From Chiloscyllium plagiosum (taxonomy: Eukaryota), in contig NC_057750.1 of NCBI RefSeq assembly GCF_004010195.1, positions 18,700,542 to 18,764,541 of the forward strand: a stretch of DNA of 64,000 nucleotides. Direction: 5' to 3'. How positions within the stretch are numbered: position 1 is the first letter of the stretch; each line of letters opens with the position of its first letter. Positions 62,690-64,000 of this stretch are shown piece after piece. The translations under genes and the position numbers were made by a program. Under the pieces are notes generated by a model. That model worked only from the letters and a program-made list of their open reading frames with translations, did no database searches and had not been told where the DNA came from.

Positions 62690-63043
62690 GTGAGTTGGAT
62701 TATTTTTGTGATGGAATCATCTCGCAAGACAAAGCTTTTCACTGTGCCTTGGTACACGTGACAATAAATTCAATTCAATTCAATTCAATTTGTGTTCCTA
62801 ATTTCCAGTTCTCCTTCCTTTCCTCAAACTAAGGTTCATCTTGAGTGCAGAATTTAGTTAAAAGTTATGAAGATTTCTGAGAAAACTATTCTAGTATGAG
62901 CAGGGCTAACATGTCGAGAGGTGGATAGATGGTATTGAGAATGTTTGCAGTCGAATTCAAGAAGACTAAAGTCAACTAGTAATGGGAGATGCAGTTCAAA
63001 CTAGTAGGACACTAGAATTTTTGTCTTGTCACATAATGATGTA

Positions 63044-63101
63044 GGAGCAGGAAGTACACAATTATCGCATTTTGGCGATGGCAATAAGTTAACAGTCTTC
63101 A
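63044..63101 (+). CDS. TRBJ: TCR beta J-like segment (GAGSTQLSHFGDGNKLTVF), probably an ORF or non-rearranging
   Basis: FGDG motif, gtaagt donor and a good nonamer AATTTTTGT (63016-63024) at 12-bp spacing. The heptamer is TGATGTA, which lacks the critical GTG. Confidence 0.78.
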
Positions 63102-64000
63102 GTAAGTTAATGCTTTTTTTGGACCCAAACAGCTTTGAAGCAAGAGAAACAATTTGCTCTCCTCAGTTTGAAGAAAGGAAGGAGAACTGGAAATTAGGAA
63201 CATTAGTAGATAACAGAAAATGACGTTTTCAGATTATAATCGTATTGAGAGACGTAAAATATCAACTAAAATTCTAGGATAGATTTGCAGTGACCTGTCA
63301 ACATTTACTAGCTTGACAACAGAGCTAAAATTGAGGAGGGTTTGTATATCGTACTTAGTGACTGATATAAGAGGTGACTGACTGGTTTGATTGATGTGTG
63401 TAAAATAATATAAAAGTTAATCCATCCGCTATTTATTCTGTTGGCATAGTTCATAGTAAAGCATGGAATGATATTTGCATAGTGGAGAGTAACTTTAACA
63501 TTAAAGTCCGACTGTCCAATACGGATGTCAGGAAATTCATGACTTTTGAAGGGTGTAAAAATTTGGGTGCCTTCCCTCAAGGAAACTACTGAAGCTAGGG
63601 AGTCAATTGTAACTTCTTAAGCTGAGATTGGTAGATTTTGTTTTTGCCAGCAAGAATATTAAAAGATATCGAAGAAAGCGGTATGACATAACTAGTTGAA
63701 GGTCACGACAACCCCAAGGGCTGCGGAGTATATCTTCTAGTTCCTATATTGCTTTGTTTGTTGGGCTAAAGTTTCCATATTTCCATCTGTACCCTTGTTC
63801 TGAAGGGATTGTGGTAGAGAGAGGTGAAATGTTTTAATAGAGGCATCTAGCTTTCTATTTTGTTGACATTTGCTACCTTGGACGTGAGATTAATTTGATT
63901 GTTTTCAATAAGTTTGTGAGTGCGCAAATGTCTAAATATCCATTAGTCCTTTTATCCTCATTCTATCTGTACTGGCCTGGCCTGCAAGTGTCACCTTTTG

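Larger units (their letters stand above)
61736..64000 (+). repeat. Recent tandem duplication in the J cluster (period 1466 bp)
   Basis: 61736-62534 is repeated almost identically at 63202-64000 (window end), with only scattered substitutions. Confidence 0.95.

Noticed and set aside
1-64000. Prokaryotic systems (CRISPR, operons) and most short ORFs in the track
   Set aside because: The DNA is intron-containing vertebrate sequence. The short ORFs are antisense or frameshifted pieces of LINEs, SINEs or V exons, and no repeat-spacer array was seen.

Overview
This is vertebrate genomic DNA, not prokaryotic. The window holds a germline T-cell receptor beta (TRB) locus, inferred to be from a cartilaginous fish (shark) because of its HE1-type V-SINEs and CR1 LINE content. 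Read directly from the sequence: eight V segments (six apparently intact with leader exon, phase-1 intron, V exon and 23-bp-spacer RSS; two pseudogenes) in mixed orientation (-,-,-,+,-,+,+,+). There is also one orphan leader, a single D segment (GGGACAGCAGGG) flanked by 12- and 23-RSS, and at least five J-like segments (three plausible, one with a defective heptamer, one pseudo). The window ends inside a recent 1466-bp tandem duplication of the J cluster, and no C exon is present. Intergenic DNA is dominated by decayed CR1 LINEs, tRNA-derived V-SINEs and Penelope-like elements (PLEs). The most notable observations are: (i) upstream V genes that can only rearrange by inversion; (ii) a family of short fold-back, TSD-flanked elements carrying minimal hammerhead-ribozyme cores, found next to PLEs with the same core; (iii) a J segment bracketed by a 42-bp inverted repeat at the duplication junction; (iv) a D-beta 23-RSS spacer that resembles the mammalian one; and (v) co-loss of the Arg75/Asp98 salt-bridge residues in several V domains. 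Repeat boundaries are approximate and no database search was run.
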